Part shown: positions 29,125 to 40,598 of the stretch, in pieces
Layout of the letters: the number at the start of each line of letters is the position of its first letter
How positions within the stretch are numbered: the stretch's first letter is position 1
Assembly: GCA_965237955.1 (NCBI GenBank)
Contig: OZ250169.1
Coordinates: forward strand, 6,016,001 to 6,080,000
Origin: Candidatus Marinacidobacterales bacterium
Lineage (GTDB): Bacteria; Acidobacteriota; Vicinamibacteria; Marinacidobacterales; SMYC01
Direction of reading: 5' to 3'
DNA: 64,000 nt
Translations under genes and position numbers: made by a program
Notes under the pieces: model-generated
Told to the model about the DNA's origin: nothing
The model's database searches: none
Seen by the model: only the letters and a program-made list of their open reading frames with translations

Positions 29125-31362
29125 TTGTTTGCACGGAAGTTGGCAACGCCCGACACGCGCGCGCGAAACTGGATAGGTTTCTCGCTGGCGCTTTCCGGAC
29201 TCTGCGTGCTTCTGACGCTCGAAGTTTGGGACGAGATCCCCGCAGTTTTTCTATTGTTTGCGAACGCCTCACCGAGCTTCGCGCTCATGGAAGGTGTCCG
29301 GTTCCTGGTTGCGCTCTTCCTCATGCTCCTTCCAACCGCTGCGTTCGGGATCGCCTTTCCGCTGATTCTCCACTGCGCGTCCTCGCGTCGAGACGGTTTC
29401 GGAAAGCACGTGGGGCAGGTTTATGCGGTCAACACCATGGGAGCCGTCCTCGGCGCCCTCTCCGGGCCCTATCTGTTGTTGCCGACGCTCGGGAGCTTGT
29501 CGTCTCTAAGAGTGCTCGGCTCACTACTGCTTGTTGCCGGAGGGCTTGCCATTTACGTCTTGGCAGACATTCCGAAACGGCGCGCCGTCGCCGCCGTCTG
29601 TGTATCCGCAATTCTATGGGGCCCGTTCGTGCCGGTCAGCTGGGACTTCAATGCGCTGAACATGGCCGCAGCCATCTACCTCGGAGACTCCGCTAGCACT
29701 CGCGGCGAGATCCTGTATCTTCGCGAAGACGCGACCGGGGGTCTCACCAGCGTCGTCGAAGAACGTGGGGTACGGACCTTGCTCACGAACGGGAAGTTCC
29801 AAGGTGACAACGCCGAGGAGATTCCGGTCCAACATCGAGCAGCCAATATCCCAACGCTCTTCACGAAAGAGCGCGAGCGCGCGCTCGTGATCGGACTGGG
29901 AACCGGCGTCACGCTCGCAGCGCTGGCCGCTCACGGGTTCGACGAAGTCGTCTGCGCAGAGCTGAGCGAGCCGATCATCGAAGCGGCGCGCGAGTATTTC
30001 GCCGACGTCAACGGCGACATTTTGAACGCTCCCGAGCTTAGGCTCATCCAAGAAGACGGCCGTAGCATCCTGCTCGAACTTCCGGATCGCTACGACGTCA
30101 TCACTGTCGAAGTGTCCAGTATTTGGTTCGCCGGGGTTGGTTCGATCTACAGCCAGGAGTTCTACGAGCTCGCGTCCAGCCGCCTGCGGCGAAACGGTGT
30201 GCTCCTGCAGTGGTTCCCGATCCACCACCTTTCTGCAAGAAACCTCTTTATCGTCGTTAACACCGTTCGCTCGGGTTTTCCCCACGTGAGTTTGTGGACG
30301 CACCGGCATCAAGCTTTCGTGGTCGCGAGCAACGAGCCTCTTCGACTGGATCTCGAGTCCGTGCGCTCCGACCAAGAGCGGACATCGATGGCCTCTTACT
30401 TGAGGGAGCTCGCGTCCGGCTCACCGCTCGAGCTTCTGAGCGATCTCGTCGTGACCGATGACGACATGGGCGGCTTCCTCGACTCCATGGCCCTGCTTTT
30501 GCGAACGCGTCGAAGCGTGGTCTCGACCGATTCCTGGCCGACCCTCGAGTATGAAACGCCGAAGGACGTCCTCAAGAACTTTTCGTACTTCCAGAACCGT
30601 GCCACGTTCAAGCGTTTTCGCAGCGTCGCGCCGTTCCCTTTTCGAGGTGAGCCGACAAGCGGAGAGATTGCTCTCGCGAACGCGGCGTTCAGTCGCGGTT
30701 GGGACGACCCGCGTGCGCTGCCGCGTCTCGCGCGGCTCTGGTCCGAACAACCCGAGCTCTCCGACGCTGCGAGCCAATGGCTCTACGATGAGCTTACCGG
30801 CGAGGACGCATTCGGATCCGACTTCCCATCCGATCCCGTGATCGAGCTGCGCTCCGAGCTCGACGCGTTGAGCCGTCTGGTTCGGTCCGCGCAAACAAAA
30901 ACCGCCTGCGAACCGATCCCTCGCTTTGTGTCGCGCGTCGAGAACGTTCCTCTTCACGTTCTCTGTTTTTCGGGGCAGAGCCTCGACGGAACGAGCCCTA
31001 TTGATGCCGTCGACGGCAGTTTCGACCCCGAGCTCGACAAGGGATGGCGGGTGCGCCCCACCGGCCGACCGGTGTTTCTGGATGTCTCGTTCGAGACGCC
31101 AACCTCCATCGACAAAGTCCATCTCATCGTTAGACCCGTGGACGGTCGCGTCGTCCGCGCGCAACTCCTAGGACGGGACGAGAGCGGCGCTTGGCACCCC
31201 CTCGCAAGCGGCGGTCAGGAGACCGACATCGTTTGCCACGGTCGTCGAAGTTTCCAACTGAGCGCCGGAACACCCAAGCTGACAGGCCTGCGTGTCGAAT
31301 TCCAAGGCGAGGGTAACTCGTTCCGCATCGCTCTCTACGAGCTCTGGGCAGAGGCCCTTTGA
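29125..31362 (+). pseudogene. fused MFS/spermidine synthase-like protein, N-terminally truncated, with C-terminal discoidin-like domain
   Basis: YAVNTMGAVLG, TNGKFQG, ALVIGLGTGVT, EDGRS, YDVITVE; the first TM block seen in the 16463-19210 paralogue is missing. Confidence 0.8.
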
Positions 31363-33340
31363 AAGCCGCCAAAGACATGAGAGTCGCGACTCTATCGGGC
31401 GCGGTGTCGGCTTCCGGTCTGTGGCTTATCGATATCACTCGGCTGTCGGGCCTCGAGTTCGCCGGCGTATCGGACGCCGAGGCGGCGACGCGTGTGCTCG
31501 AAGTCACTGAGTCCGCTCTCTTGTCGATGGAAGCGAAGCTCCTTCTGATCCACATCGTCCTCGGCGCACTCCTGGGCGGGGCAGCAGGTGCATTCTTTCG
31601 CGGTCGTTTCACGTCGGTTCGGCTCGCCGCGGTGTCATCGCTGTTTACCGTCGCGATCGCGCTCTCATCTCTCTTCGGCATGGTCGCTCGCTACCCACAG
31701 CTATTCGCAGACCGGTGGTGGCTCTCAGGCGGCGCGCTTGCCTCTCTGCAGCGCGTGTTGACGCACGGTGTCGGAGCGAACGTGCTGGACGCGATTTCGG
31801 TAGCACTTCTCGTCGGTGCCGTGGCGGTGCCGTCGTTTCGCGTGCTCCGATACCGGAGGACGCTCTCGAAGAAGCTTGCCGTGGCCGCCGGCATTTTCGC
31901 CGCGATCGTAACCGTACGATCGGCACGATCGGACCTCGGCAACGGATCCAAAAGCGTACTGATCATCGCTACCGACTCGCTGCGTACGGAGAGCATCGAA
32001 GACCCCGACGTCATGCCATTCACCGCTTCCCGGGTCGAAGATGGCGCGCTCTACCGGTACGCCGTGACACCGATTGCGAGGACCTATCCCGCATGGGCGT
32101 CGACGCTCACCGGCACTGAGCCTCGAGTGCACGACGTCCGTCATATGTTCCCGATGCCTATTAGCCGGCGCGACGTCGGGCCGACGCTTTTTACGGAGCT
32201 TCGAGATCGAGGGTACTTCACGTTCGCCACGTCCGATTTCGCCGGTACGTATTCCCCGGCTTCGAAGGCGGATTCGAGATTCTGGACACGCCCCACTTGA
32301 ACGTCGACACGTTGGCGCAATCGGCGGTGCTGAGCCGGCACACGTGGAGCCTGCCCCTTCTTCGCTTTCGCTGGTTTCGAGATCTGTTCCCGTACTGGAG
32401 GAACTTGCCCTCGCTAGCGAACCCAGAGTGGGTCGTGGACGAGGCGCTTTCACATTTGAACGACGCCTCCGATCGTCCGTTCGCCGGGCTCGTATTCTTC
32501 AGCACCGCGCACTTCCCCTATGTCGGTCCGTATCCCTATTACCTACGAGAGAGCGGCGACTACCACGGGCGCTACCTTTACCATGTTCCTCCGGTTCAAC
32601 CTGAGGAAGCGCCGGACGAAGACGACGTCCGTCAAATTCGGGCGCGCTACGACGGCGCGCTGGCGGCAATCGATCGCGCGACCGAGCGGCTGCTGCGTCA
32701 CGTCGGCAACGACACCCTCGTCGTCATCACGGGCGATCACGGCGAGGAGCTGTACGAAGAGGACGGCATCGCCGGACACGGCGATACGCTCCGTCACATG
32801 CGCTCGCAGGCGCTACCCATCCTGCTTCTCGGCCCCGGCGTGCCGAAGGGCCTTCGCTCGAGCAACCAAGTCCGTCACTACGATCTACCGGCGACGGTTC
32901 TCCACGTTCTGGGAGGTTCGACGACGTTTGGACACGGCACATCGCTTCTGGAGGAGCGGAGCGAGCGGCCGGTGTGCGTCGAGACGGGCATTTGGTTCTG
33001 GCCGTCTCGTCCATTGGGGCTCCGGGGTTCACGCCTCGACTATCCCAGCATCTCTGAGCTCCTCGAGCTCGAGCCGTCTACGCGCGAGATGATCCTGAAA
33101 CCCGAGATGGAGAGCTTGGTGGAAAGCGCCAAAGAACGGGGCGTGATCCTCGGAAATCGCCTCTATCGCGAACAGCCGACTCCTTCGGGGCTCGAGCGCG
33201 AGACGCTGGTGCTGCCCGGGCTAAAAGCTGCACACGAAAACGTCAACCTACCGCAGCTATTCGAAGAGCGTTGTGTCGACGGCGATGCGTCTCTTTCCCG
33301 CCTGTATGGAGCGATCGTGTTCGAAAGGACGCCGCGATGA
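31359..33340 (+). pseudogene. membrane-anchored sulfatase/alkaline phosphatase superfamily protein, frameshift near 32250
   Basis: IATDSLR, ARTYPAWASTLTG, STAHFPY, TGDHGE, GHGD; two overlapping ORFs. Confidence 0.8.
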
Positions 33341-35605
33341 TTTGGTTCTTGCTTTCGGCGCTCGCGGTCATCGGCAACTCGGGCACGAGCCCTGCGCCGG
33401 CATGCAGTTCGATCGTCGACGTTCCCACCGTGAACGTCACCTATCCGTCGCGACACACGAAGACGCCTCTCAAGCGAGCTCACGACCTCATCCGGCTCTT
33501 TTCGGAAGGCGACGGCGAGTTCACTGCCTCGGACGGCAACGCGCCGACGCTCGTGGACGGTGCCGCACTCTATCCGCTGCCGTGGAAAACGCGTCCGGAT
33601 CGGGAGCCCCGGGCGCGTCTGCTCGCCTGGCAGGAGCGCAGTCGCGGAAATGACGAGAGCATGCTCGCGATCATACTGAGAGCGGGCGAGCGGTTCTGCA
33701 CTTCAGAGCTCGATTGGAAATACGGCGCTCGCCTGCGCTTCGAAGCGCTGTCGATCGAGAAATCCCGGCCCGGCTCGTTCTCGCTTCTCGACGAAGCTCT
33801 CCCCTATCCCGGCAGTTTGAGCGCGGGCCGGCAAACCGACTTGCCGCTTGCGGGCACGTCGGGACAAGTTTGCTTCGAAGCCGAGGACGGAGCGATAGCC
33901 GTCGCTGAGCCCCGAATCCTCGAACCGGATGAAGCCGACGATAGGCCGCGCTTCATGGTCCTGACGATCGTGGACGCGTTGCGTGGCGACCTGTTGCGCG
34001 GAGCTCGCGCGCCAGAAATCTTGCCGACTCTCCACCAGTTGAGCGAAGAAGGCCACTATTTATGAGCGGGCCGTTGCACCCGGGTGCCACACGCGTGCGT
34101 CGGTCTGGCCCATTCTGATGGGACGAGATCTGATGCGCATCGACCCTCTCAAACGCCGTCAGTCGATGCCTATCCAGTCACCGCTCGAGACCGTCTACTC
34201 TCGAGCGAACCTGTTCTTGAGCCATATGGCGGAAGCCGCCGGCTACCATTCGGTGTTTCTCGGCAACAACGCCTATTTTCGTGTGACCCCGGCGTTCTCG
34301 CGCTATTCGAGCTGGGGCAACACCGACACCGGCACCGTCGATACGATTGCGGCGCTCCCTGCGCTCTCCGCACGCTACGCCGACGAACGGATCTTTCTCG
34401 TGTACTACGTCTCGACGCCGCACGGTCAGTCGCAAACGCCGCGGCGTCTGTTCGAAGCACTGGACTGCGACGAGCTCGAAGGCCTCGCCCAATGTCGGTG
34501 CAGCTACGACGCGCGGGTGCTTCATGCCGACGAAGCGATCGCCGCTCTGAAGAAGGGACTCGAAGCTCACGCGCTCACATCCGACGTCGTGCACGCCGTC
34601 ACCGCGGATCACGGAGAGCTCTTCGGGGAAGGCTTGGCCATCGAAGGCGAGATGCCGACCTTCACCACCGGCGCTAGGCGCGGCGCGTTCCAAAGTTTCG
34701 ACCGCGGCCATGGCCTCGCGTGCCACGCACTCGAAACAGACGTGCCGATCGTGTTCCACGGAAAAGGCATCGAGCCGGCCCGTTATTCCGGAACCGTGTC
34801 GAGTCTCGACATCTTTCCCACGATGCTGGATCTGATGGGGCTTGCGCCTATCCAGAAGCTCGATGGACAAAGGCTTCCGTTGTTCGATCTGACCGCTTAC
34901 GAAACCGAGCCTCTCGTCTCGTACGGCTTTTGCTCAGACTCCGTGATCGAGGGGGACCAACAATTGATCTGGTGGATCCAGGGATGTCGGCTGCGAACGA
35001 TCGACGAGCACACACCGATCGAGGAGCGCGCCGCGATGTGGTCTTCCAGCCGCCGGCTCGAAGTCGACGACGACACGCTTCAGCGCGCATTGTTGCGGCA
35101 CGAAGAGCGACTTCGGGAGCGACTCCCCCGAGATACGCTCGTGTTCGATACCGCGAACCTCGGTGACGCGACCATTACGGTCACTGTGCCGCACGGGCGA
35201 ATCACCGACTACGGTCCTGCGAGCTCCGTTTTCGGGCTCGAGCTGGTGAGAGAAGCCCGGTTGTCGGCCGATGAACGAAAGCTGACTCTCCGAGTCGACG
35301 GCTACCGCGGGCTCTACCACGTGTCGACGGATCCGCCGAGAGCCGAGATCCAGATCCGCACGATAGAACCAAAAGACGCGCTTCACTTCGTCGGACCGCT
35401 ACAGCTTCCACTTCCCTCCGATACGTTCGATCCGGAGCTCAGACCTTCGTTCTTCGTTACCGACGCCGTCCCGTCGCGCCACGATACGAGCCACCCCGCG
35501 ATTCGTTTATGGTGGCAACGCTACGGCGCGGTGCCCGCCGACGGGTCGGACAAAGCTCTCTCGGATTTCGACCGCGTGCTCCGGGAGTGGGGCTACATTC
35601 GATAA
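33337..35605 (+). pseudogene. sulfatase-fold protein, frameshift near 34060
   Basis: IVDALRGD, CHTRASVWPILMG, STPH, TADHGE, SLDIFPT, C-terminal LREWGYIR; ATGA overlap with the upstream gene. Confidence 0.8.
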
Positions 35606-35847
35606 CGATCGGTCGGACTGAGATCGTAGATGACGTGCTGCAGAGCGAGTCGAAGTGACCTTTCTCCAAGGAGGATGAGCTTCGAGAGGCACTCGTCCTT
35701 CCCTGACTTCACCCAGCGCTCCGCTAATGAATTCAGATTCGCGCTTCTCGCGGGCAGTTTGACCGTTTTCACACCTGCGGCTTCGACCGTCTGCCTGAAT
35801 GCGAGGCAGAACGCGGACGCGGGGAGGCGCGAGGTCGACTCCTGCCA

Positions 35848-37293
35848 CTAGCGCCCGAGCGCGTACGCGTACTCGACTGTGAAACGGTGGGCGCGTTGAA
35901 TGCGCACCGCAAGCTCTTCCGGAGTCTGGCCGGGATTCGTCCAGCGAAAGAGCACGAGGTGCTCACGGTTGAGCTCGACGCTCGCGCTCACCTCGTAGGC
36001 CCTCCGGGTCCAACCGACGGAAGGGAATGTTTCGTCTTCCACGAGAACGTCGATGCGAACGAACTCGACCAGCGCTTCGTCGCGAGCGAATGGCCAGCGG
36101 AGCGGCCAGGGAACGCCGACGAACGCACGATAGCCGCGGGTTGTCGAGCCTTCGAGCTCTCTGGTGGTGTGGGTGAGCTCGACGCCGAGCTGGGGGACGT
36201 TCCGCTCTCGTACCTGGGCGAGATACAACTCGTTGATCGCATCGGCCAGCTCGCGGCGCGCGGGAGAGATCGCGAGCCGGTCTCGAAACGCACGGAGCTG
36301 GTCCACGTCGTATACGCGGCGCTCGTTGTAACCCAGCTCGTTCACCCGTCGTGCGAGCTCGAGGGTTTTGACCGCGGCCGCATTCGCGCGGGCGAAACGA
36401 TACCGCCGGCCGAATAGCGTGAGCCCAACCCGATAGTCCCGCACGGACCTTTCGACGTCCGGTTGCCACTCCTGCATGGTGCGCGCCGTAGCGAGAAGGC
36501 GCGCACCAACTTGCACGGCAGCACCGATCTCCGCCCGCCCCTCGGTCCTGGTCGGGCGTCCGGTGCGCGCGAGCTCGATGGCGCCATCGAGCTCGAAAGG
36601 AAGCCGATTCCAAACCGCGGCCGAGTTAAATTGCTGTCGTGTGAGCTCGAAGCCGGCTTCGGTCCGGACCCGGGACACGCGCGCGTCCGCCTTGAGCTCG
36701 AAGTTGTTCTCTCTCTGATAGAGAAACCCCAGAGCGCCCGAACGCAACGGGCGCGTTGGCGGCTCCAAAGGTGGAAGGCGGCCAGTATCGATGAACTCCT
36801 CGAGTGAAGGCGGCCCTCCGCCGGTGTCGTTTGTGTCGTTCGCGTAAGAAAGAAGCACTTCCCAATCCGAGCTCAGACGGATCGACCCATCGCTCTCGAA
36901 TGCCCAGAAGTCCTCCCGCCGCTTCACGTCCACACGGACGAGAAAAAGCGGAGCGCGGAGCGAGCCTTCGATGTCGAGGCGGCCATCCTCCTCTGTGAAC
37001 CCGAGCTCGACTCGCTGGGTATCGAAAAACGCGCCAACGCGTTCGTCCCGCGCTTCGGCGCCGAAAAAGGCGCGCGCGCCGAGCTTCAAACGGGCGCCGA
37101 ATGCGGTGCGGGTCGAGTGTTCTTCAGTGACGCCGGCCTCGAGGTCGACGAGCCGCAAAGGCGTCGCGGGATCGGTAACAGGCGGCAGTCCGAGCTTACC
37201 CAGCGGGTAGTGGGAATCTTCCCCGACGTTCTGCCCGGACAAGAGTAAGGCCAAGAGGAGGCCGATGGGCTCGCTCAGAACGGAAGCTCCCAC
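35848..37293 (-). CDS. probable outer-membrane beta-barrel protein, hypothetical
   Basis: Hydrophobic leader LLLALLLSGQ, many amphipathic beta-strands, terminal VEYAYALGR; start uncertain. Confidence 0.55.
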   Translation of the reverse strand: MGASVLSEPIGLLLALLLSGQNVGEDSHYPLGKLGLPPVTDPATPLRLVDLEAGVTEEHSTRTAFGARLKLGARAFFGAEARDERVGAFFDTQRVELGFTEEDGRLDIEGSLRAPLFLVRVDVKRREDFWAFESDGSIRLSSDWEVLLSYANDTNDTGGGPPSLEEFIDTGRLPPLEPPTRPLRSGALGFLYQRENNFELKADARVSRVRTEAGFELTRQQFNSAAVWNRLPFELDGAIELARTGRPTRTEGRAEIGAAVQVGARLLATARTMQEWQPDVERSVRDYRVGLTLFGRRYRFARANAAAVKTLELARRVNELGYNERRVYDVDQLRAFRDRLAISPARRELADAINELYLAQVRERNVPQLGVELTHTTRELEGSTTRGYRAFVGVPWPLRWPFARDEALVEFVRIDVLVEDETFPSVGWTRRAYEVSASVELNREHLVLFRWTNPGQTPEELAVRIQRAHRFTVEYAYALGR

Positions 37294-38372
37294 CCGCGGC
37301 CAAACGCCGTCGATTCGATCAGCCGAACATCTTCCTCGGTCGGAAAATACAATCGGATGTCGGGGACGAGCTCCTCGTAGCTCACGAGCGCGCGCCCAGC
37401 GCTCGCATCTTGGACACCAAGCTTCAGCCAGTCGATGAGCGCGACGGATTCGGGAACGCTTTTGAACTCTTCGAGTGGGTCCCGCACGATGTCGAACAGC
37501 CGAAACCCGCCCGGGCTCTTGTCGAACAGATCGAACCAGAAGATCTCTTCGGCCATCGGAATTCCCTGCCGGATCTCTTCGAAAACGGATGTCATCCACT
37601 CGAGATGACGTCCGGTACCTTCCGCTCCGGACTCCGTGATCCAGATTGGTTTATCGGTGAGACGTCCGAGTCGTTCGATGAAACGACGGCTGTAAACGTG
37701 AAACGCGATCCGATCGCATACGTGCTCGACGCCGGTCTCGACCATCGCCTGCGCGCGGAGGAATCCTTCCGCGCTCGATACCGGCGCCGCCGAGACGATC
37801 ACAATCGTCGGGTCGTCTTCCTTGAAGTGTAGATACGCAGGCCGCAGAAAATCACGAACATAGCTCTCCGGTGAAATACCGGTGAAGAACGTCGGCTCGT
37901 TGAGGATTTGAGCGGAGAAGCGCCCCGCTCGCGGAATGTCTTCCGACGCTTTCGGAACGAAATCGCCGAAGATACGCGCGTACGTCTCGAATACGTCATC
38001 ACGCGTCGCATCATCGGAGACGGCGCCAACGAGGTCAAACCCCGAGAAATCGCCGATGATCCCGAGCACGTCGATCCCGAGCGCGCGGGCGGCACGCACG
38101 TAGGGAATTGCGGCGAGAAAATTGGGACCGAAATTCTCGAACGAGATCATGATCCGCATATGGCTGAAGCCGAGCTCGTAGACGAGCTTCATCTGCAGCT
38201 CGACGAGACGAGGCACGATGAGCGGAGGTGTGAGACCGGCATTCGTCTCGAATCGGCGGAGGGGGCTTACCACGATGCCCCCGTTCACGCGCGGAATGGT
38301 CAGGGGAGACAACGGTGTAACCGCACCGGCTGCCCCCGCGACGCCTAGCCGAAGGAACTCACGTCGATTCAT
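37275..38372 (-). CDS. Tat-exported glycoside hydrolase, clan GH-A-like TIM barrel
   Basis: MNRREFL Tat motif; ILNEP acid/base; AFHVY; PIWITESG nucleophile; FWF. Confidence 0.75.
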   Translation of the reverse strand: MNRREFLRLGVAGAAGAVTPLSPLTIPRVNGGIVVSPLRRFETNAGLTPPLIVPRLVELQMKLVYELGFSHMRIMISFENFGPNFLAAIPYVRAARALGIDVLGIIGDFSGFDLVGAVSDDATRDDVFETYARIFGDFVPKASEDIPRAGRFSAQILNEPTFFTGISPESYVRDFLRPAYLHFKEDDPTIVIVSAAPVSSAEGFLRAQAMVETGVEHVCDRIAFHVYSRRFIERLGRLTDKPIWITESGAEGTGRHLEWMTSVFEEIRQGIPMAEEIFWFDLFDKSPGGFRLFDIVRDPLEEFKSVPESVALIDWLKLGVQDASAGRALVSYEELVPDIRLYFPTEEDVRLIESTAFGRGWELPF

Positions 38373-38455
38373 TGCGCTCGAGTGCTTCCACTTTACCGCG
38401 ACTGGCGAAGGAGGATTTGGAAGCTACGTCACATTTGCAAGCTTGATCTCGATCA

Positions 38456-38866
38456 CTAGGGCTGCCGGAGAATCCTTCGATGCCAAAGCCACATCGGAGC
38501 GCCGGTGAGCTCGATACCGATGAGAACGAGCGAGATCAGATTCGGTGTTCCGTGCGCTCTGATACCAATAAGGCGTGCGAGGGCGCCGAAGATCATCGTC
38601 GCGAAGAAAATACGCATCGCGCCGCCGCGGCTGTGAATGTCTCGAGTCGCCCACAGCAGCACGAGCCCCATGCCGACGAAGTTCATCGCCAGGAAGCGCA
38701 CCGCGCTCTCGAGCGTGTTGTTCACGTCACCAACTTCGACCCCGAACAGCACCTGAAACCCAGAAGTTCCCGTGAAGGCAACGGTGCCGCCGATGACGAG
38801 CGGAAACACTGCTACCATCCGACAGACGCGCCGGAACCAGACCACCTCCCCACGCTCATTCGTCAT
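38456..38866 (-). CDS. DUF4345-like membrane protein
   Basis: Four TM segments, ES.VRFL, GALARLIG, IELT. Confidence 0.6.
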   Translation of the reverse strand: MTNERGEVVWFRRVCRMVAVFPLVIGGTVAFTGTSGFQVLFGVEVGDVNNTLESAVRFLAMNFVGMGLVLLWATRDIHSRGGAMRIFFATMIFGALARLIGIRAHGTPNLISLVLIGIELTGAPMWLWHRRILRQP

Positions 38867-40530
38867 CGGCTACTCGTCAACCGACGAATCTCGCTGTCGT
38901 CTCCGGTGAGCTCCCAACGGACGAGTGACACCGGGATCACCCCGACTGCGGTGAGCTCATCCATGAAGCCGCGGAGCGTGAACGCGTCGCCGAGCTCGCG
39001 GGCCCGCTCGGCGAGGAGCTTCTCGATCTGGATCTTGCCCATCAAATAGCTCGTCCCGTAGCCAGGCTGCGCGAGGTACAAGTGTTGCTCATCCCAGACG
39101 GTGTTGCTGTCGGGTGGCATCCAGCCCCGCGGGGTCCATGCGGAGGCGAACTCCGTCGCTTCTTCGATCGTGTACTCCTGGCCGTGCATCATTAGACCGG
39201 CGAGTGCGCGTGCGGCGCGTTGCGCGAGCATGATGTAAATGAGCTCGCGGGCGCGCGGGCGCTCGTCAAGAAGCCCGGCGAGCATCAGCCACTCTTCCAT
39301 GCCTGTGGCAAGGCCTTCGGATCGCGCATCGAAGATGTTGTAGAGAGACGGAACGCGCCTGATTGGACTCGTGTGCGGAACGTTCTCCATATTCGCCAGC
39401 TCGATCCAGTGATAGGTATGAGTACGCATCGCAAGCGGACTGCGGTAAGAGATTTCGCTGAAAAAACCGCGCTGTCCACCGGCGGGCGCCGGCGTGAAAC
39501 TTCCGATCTTCGCCCGCAGGGCGGCGTCCATGTACTCGCGCACCGACACGACTTCGTCCTCTTCCAGAAACGCCATCATCTCGGTCACCGATCCATTAAA
39601 GCGGCGATCGTACTCGTCCGCGCTCGCGACACGTTCGAGCGGAGGCAGGTCGCGGTTACGGTGCTCTTCGAGAGCGAGCGCGGTGTGTGAGCGCGAAAGC
39701 TCGTGACGCGTGAGCGTCACTTCCTCTTCCCACGTATACGGAACGAGGTGGACGTTTTGCAGATACCACGTGTAGTTGTCTTTGCCGACGCCGGAGACGC
39801 CGTGTTTCGACGGAAGCTCCTCTTCGAGCCACGCCTGAAATAGATCGGTGGCTTCGCGCGCGCGTTCGATCGCGTCATCGAGTGCCGCGCTCGTGCCCCG
39901 GACTTCGGCCGCGAACGCCTCAAGGTCGTCACTCTGACGCGCCATCGCACGGGTACCGCCCATCCATAGATCCCGCGCATCCTCGACAAGGTTCGATTGC
40001 GCCTGCTCGAGTAACGCCGGAATCGCTCCGATCGCGGTGGCGAGCTCCGACGCAGTCCCCCCGGTCAGCGGATAGGCGTACGTCCACAGATCCACCCACC
40101 CATGGATCACAGGTCCTTCGTGAGCAGGGACATCGCTCTCGGCCGGAAAGACCGTCACGTAAAACGCAGGATTACGCGCCCACGGCCGGCGCACCCGATG
40201 ATCGAAGTCGAGACCGTTCATCTCGGCGCGGACGAGGTGGTAGTCCACCTGCCGTGCCACCGTCCAGCCGCTCGGGTCAATGGCCGCGAGCCGACGCTTG
40301 TAGGTGGCCAACTCACGGTGTTGTGCGGCCATCGCGCGGGCGGTGTAGTCGGAAACGCCAGCGAGGAGCGAAGGCTTCTCGAAGGCACGCCAGTCCGAGA
40401 ACAAACCGATGAGGTCGTCGTAGCTCGTGCTCGATGCCTGCTCGACACCAGCGTTGGTCTCGGCACGACTCAGAACGAAAGCGAGGACGGTGAAGGATGC
40501 GACGTAGGCAAAGCAACGAAATGTGGGCAT
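38863..40530 (-). CDS. DUF885-family protein
   Basis: RPWARNPAFY, RSEGLATGMEE, YLAQPGYGTSYLMGKIQI, FTLRGFMDE. Confidence 0.8.
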   Translation of the reverse strand: MPTFRCFAYVASFTVLAFVLSRAETNAGVEQASSTSYDDLIGLFSDWRAFEKPSLLAGVSDYTARAMAAQHRELATYKRRLAAIDPSGWTVARQVDYHLVRAEMNGLDFDHRVRRPWARNPAFYVTVFPAESDVPAHEGPVIHGWVDLWTYAYPLTGGTASELATAIGAIPALLEQAQSNLVEDARDLWMGGTRAMARQSDDLEAFAAEVRGTSAALDDAIERAREATDLFQAWLEEELPSKHGVSGVGKDNYTWYLQNVHLVPYTWEEEVTLTRHELSRSHTALALEEHRNRDLPPLERVASADEYDRRFNGSVTEMMAFLEEDEVVSVREYMDAALRAKIGSFTPAPAGGQRGFFSEISYRSPLAMRTHTYHWIELANMENVPHTSPIRRVPSLYNIFDARSEGLATGMEEWLMLAGLLDERPRARELIYIMLAQRAARALAGLMMHGQEYTIEEATEFASAWTPRGWMPPDSNTVWDEQHLYLAQPGYGTSYLMGKIQIEKLLAERARELGDAFTLRGFMDELTAVGVIPVSLVRWELTGDDSEIRRLTSSR

Positions 40531-40598
40531 GATCGTCTTCTCCGAAATAGATCAGCCCCAACTTTCCGTCGGGCGCCCGCAGATGTCAACCGTGAGCG

